A stretch of 63,645 nt of DNA, filler included, from Octopus bimaculoides (Eukaryota): NCBI RefSeq assembly GCF_001194135.2. It is 9 parts of 7 records of this genome, joined end to end, with 100 filler letters (N's around TTAATTAATTAA, not from the genome) between each part and the next. Parts side by side here need not be neighbours in the genome. Positions count along the whole stretch, not along the records: positions 62,342 to 63,645 come from NW_026295812.1; 8 more parts are not named here. The stretch is one strand, 5' to 3'. Both the position numbers and the translations under genes were made by a program. Every line of letters begins with the position of its first letter. The stretch's first letter is position 1. Shown here piece after piece: positions 63,190 through 63,645 of the stretch. The notes below the pieces were generated by a model that did not search any database, had not been told where the DNA came from, and was given only the letters and a program-made list of their open reading frames with translations.

Positions 63190-63366
63190 TAGAGATGTTA
63201 CTCTTTCACTTTTGACACGTAATCCTGAAATAGGCTCGCACTAGGCAAGAAGTTAAAAAAATTTTTGGCCTCTGAAGGCATGTGTAAAATTTGAATGAAA
63301 TTGGTTGTGTAGTTCTCAAGTTTTAAGGATTCACACAGACACACACACACATTCTCATCTATATAT
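63190..63366 (-). mobile_element. Helitron-like non-autonomous element 5' end
   Basis: Minus strand reads ATATATATAGATGAGAATGTGTGTGTGTCTGTGTG...CCAATTTCATTCAAATTTTACAC, the pattern typical of invertebrate non-autonomous Helitron 5' ends. A family C SINE sits in the TA run. Confidence 0.5.
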
Positions 63367-63368
63367 AT

Positions 63369-63645
63369 GGCGCAATGGCCCAGTGGTTAGGGCAGTGGAC
63401 TCGTGGTCACAGGATCGCGGTTTCAATTCCCAGACCGGGCCTTGTGAGTGTTTATTGAGTGAAAACACCTAAAGCTCCACAAGGCTCCGGCAAGGGGTGG
63501 TGGCGAACCCTGTTGTACTCTTTCACCACAACTTTTTCTCACTCTTACTTCCTGTTTCTGTTGTGCCTGTAATTCAAAGGGTCAGCCTTGTCACACTGTG
63601 TCACGCTGAATATCCCCGAGAACTACATTAAGGGTACACGTGTCT
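63369..63645 (+). mobile_element. SINE family C (cut by window end)
   Basis: Same head and body as 44735-45119. Confidence 0.93.

Noticed and set aside
63369-63440. tRNA-like sequence (also 45050-45119)
   Set aside because: It continues into a shared SINE body and lacks a proper acceptor stem; a SINE head, not a tRNA gene.

Overview
AT-rich, microsatellite-saturated animal DNA. The SINE, RTE and Penelope repertoire looks like an octopod cephalopod (Octopus-like); this is recognition from memory, not a database result. The window is not contiguous. Eight identical 100-bp spacers (44 N + TTAATTAATTAA + 44 N) join nine separate draft scaffolds: 1-10306, 10407-29570, 29671-33054, 33155-41175, 41276-49089, 49190-52281, 52382-59921, 60022-62241 and 62342-63645. 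Host genes seen are three consecutive exons of a class I PI3-kinase catalytic subunit (42616-45244, +) and exons 1-2 of a clan-2 cytochrome P450 (50872-52281, +), the latter preceded by a broken helix-I exon of another CYP copy. The rest is a transposon landscape: at least four tRNA-derived SINE families, young and old RTE LINE pieces, a CR1/L2-group LINE, an R4/Dong LINE, Penelope-like (GIY-YIG) elements, a Helitron with an intact 3' terminus, five Tc1/mariner relics and several foldback/MITE-like elements. Almost all long ORFs in the supplied track are microsatellite or N-gap artefacts. I found no convincing evidence of a wholly new multi-gene system. The best leads are two minimal type-I hammerhead ribozymes (7681-7784 + and 25422-25470 -), a ~140-nt hairpin next to a PI3K exon, modular domain and tail swapping among the SINEs, and a telomere-like array bracketed by short inverted repeats.
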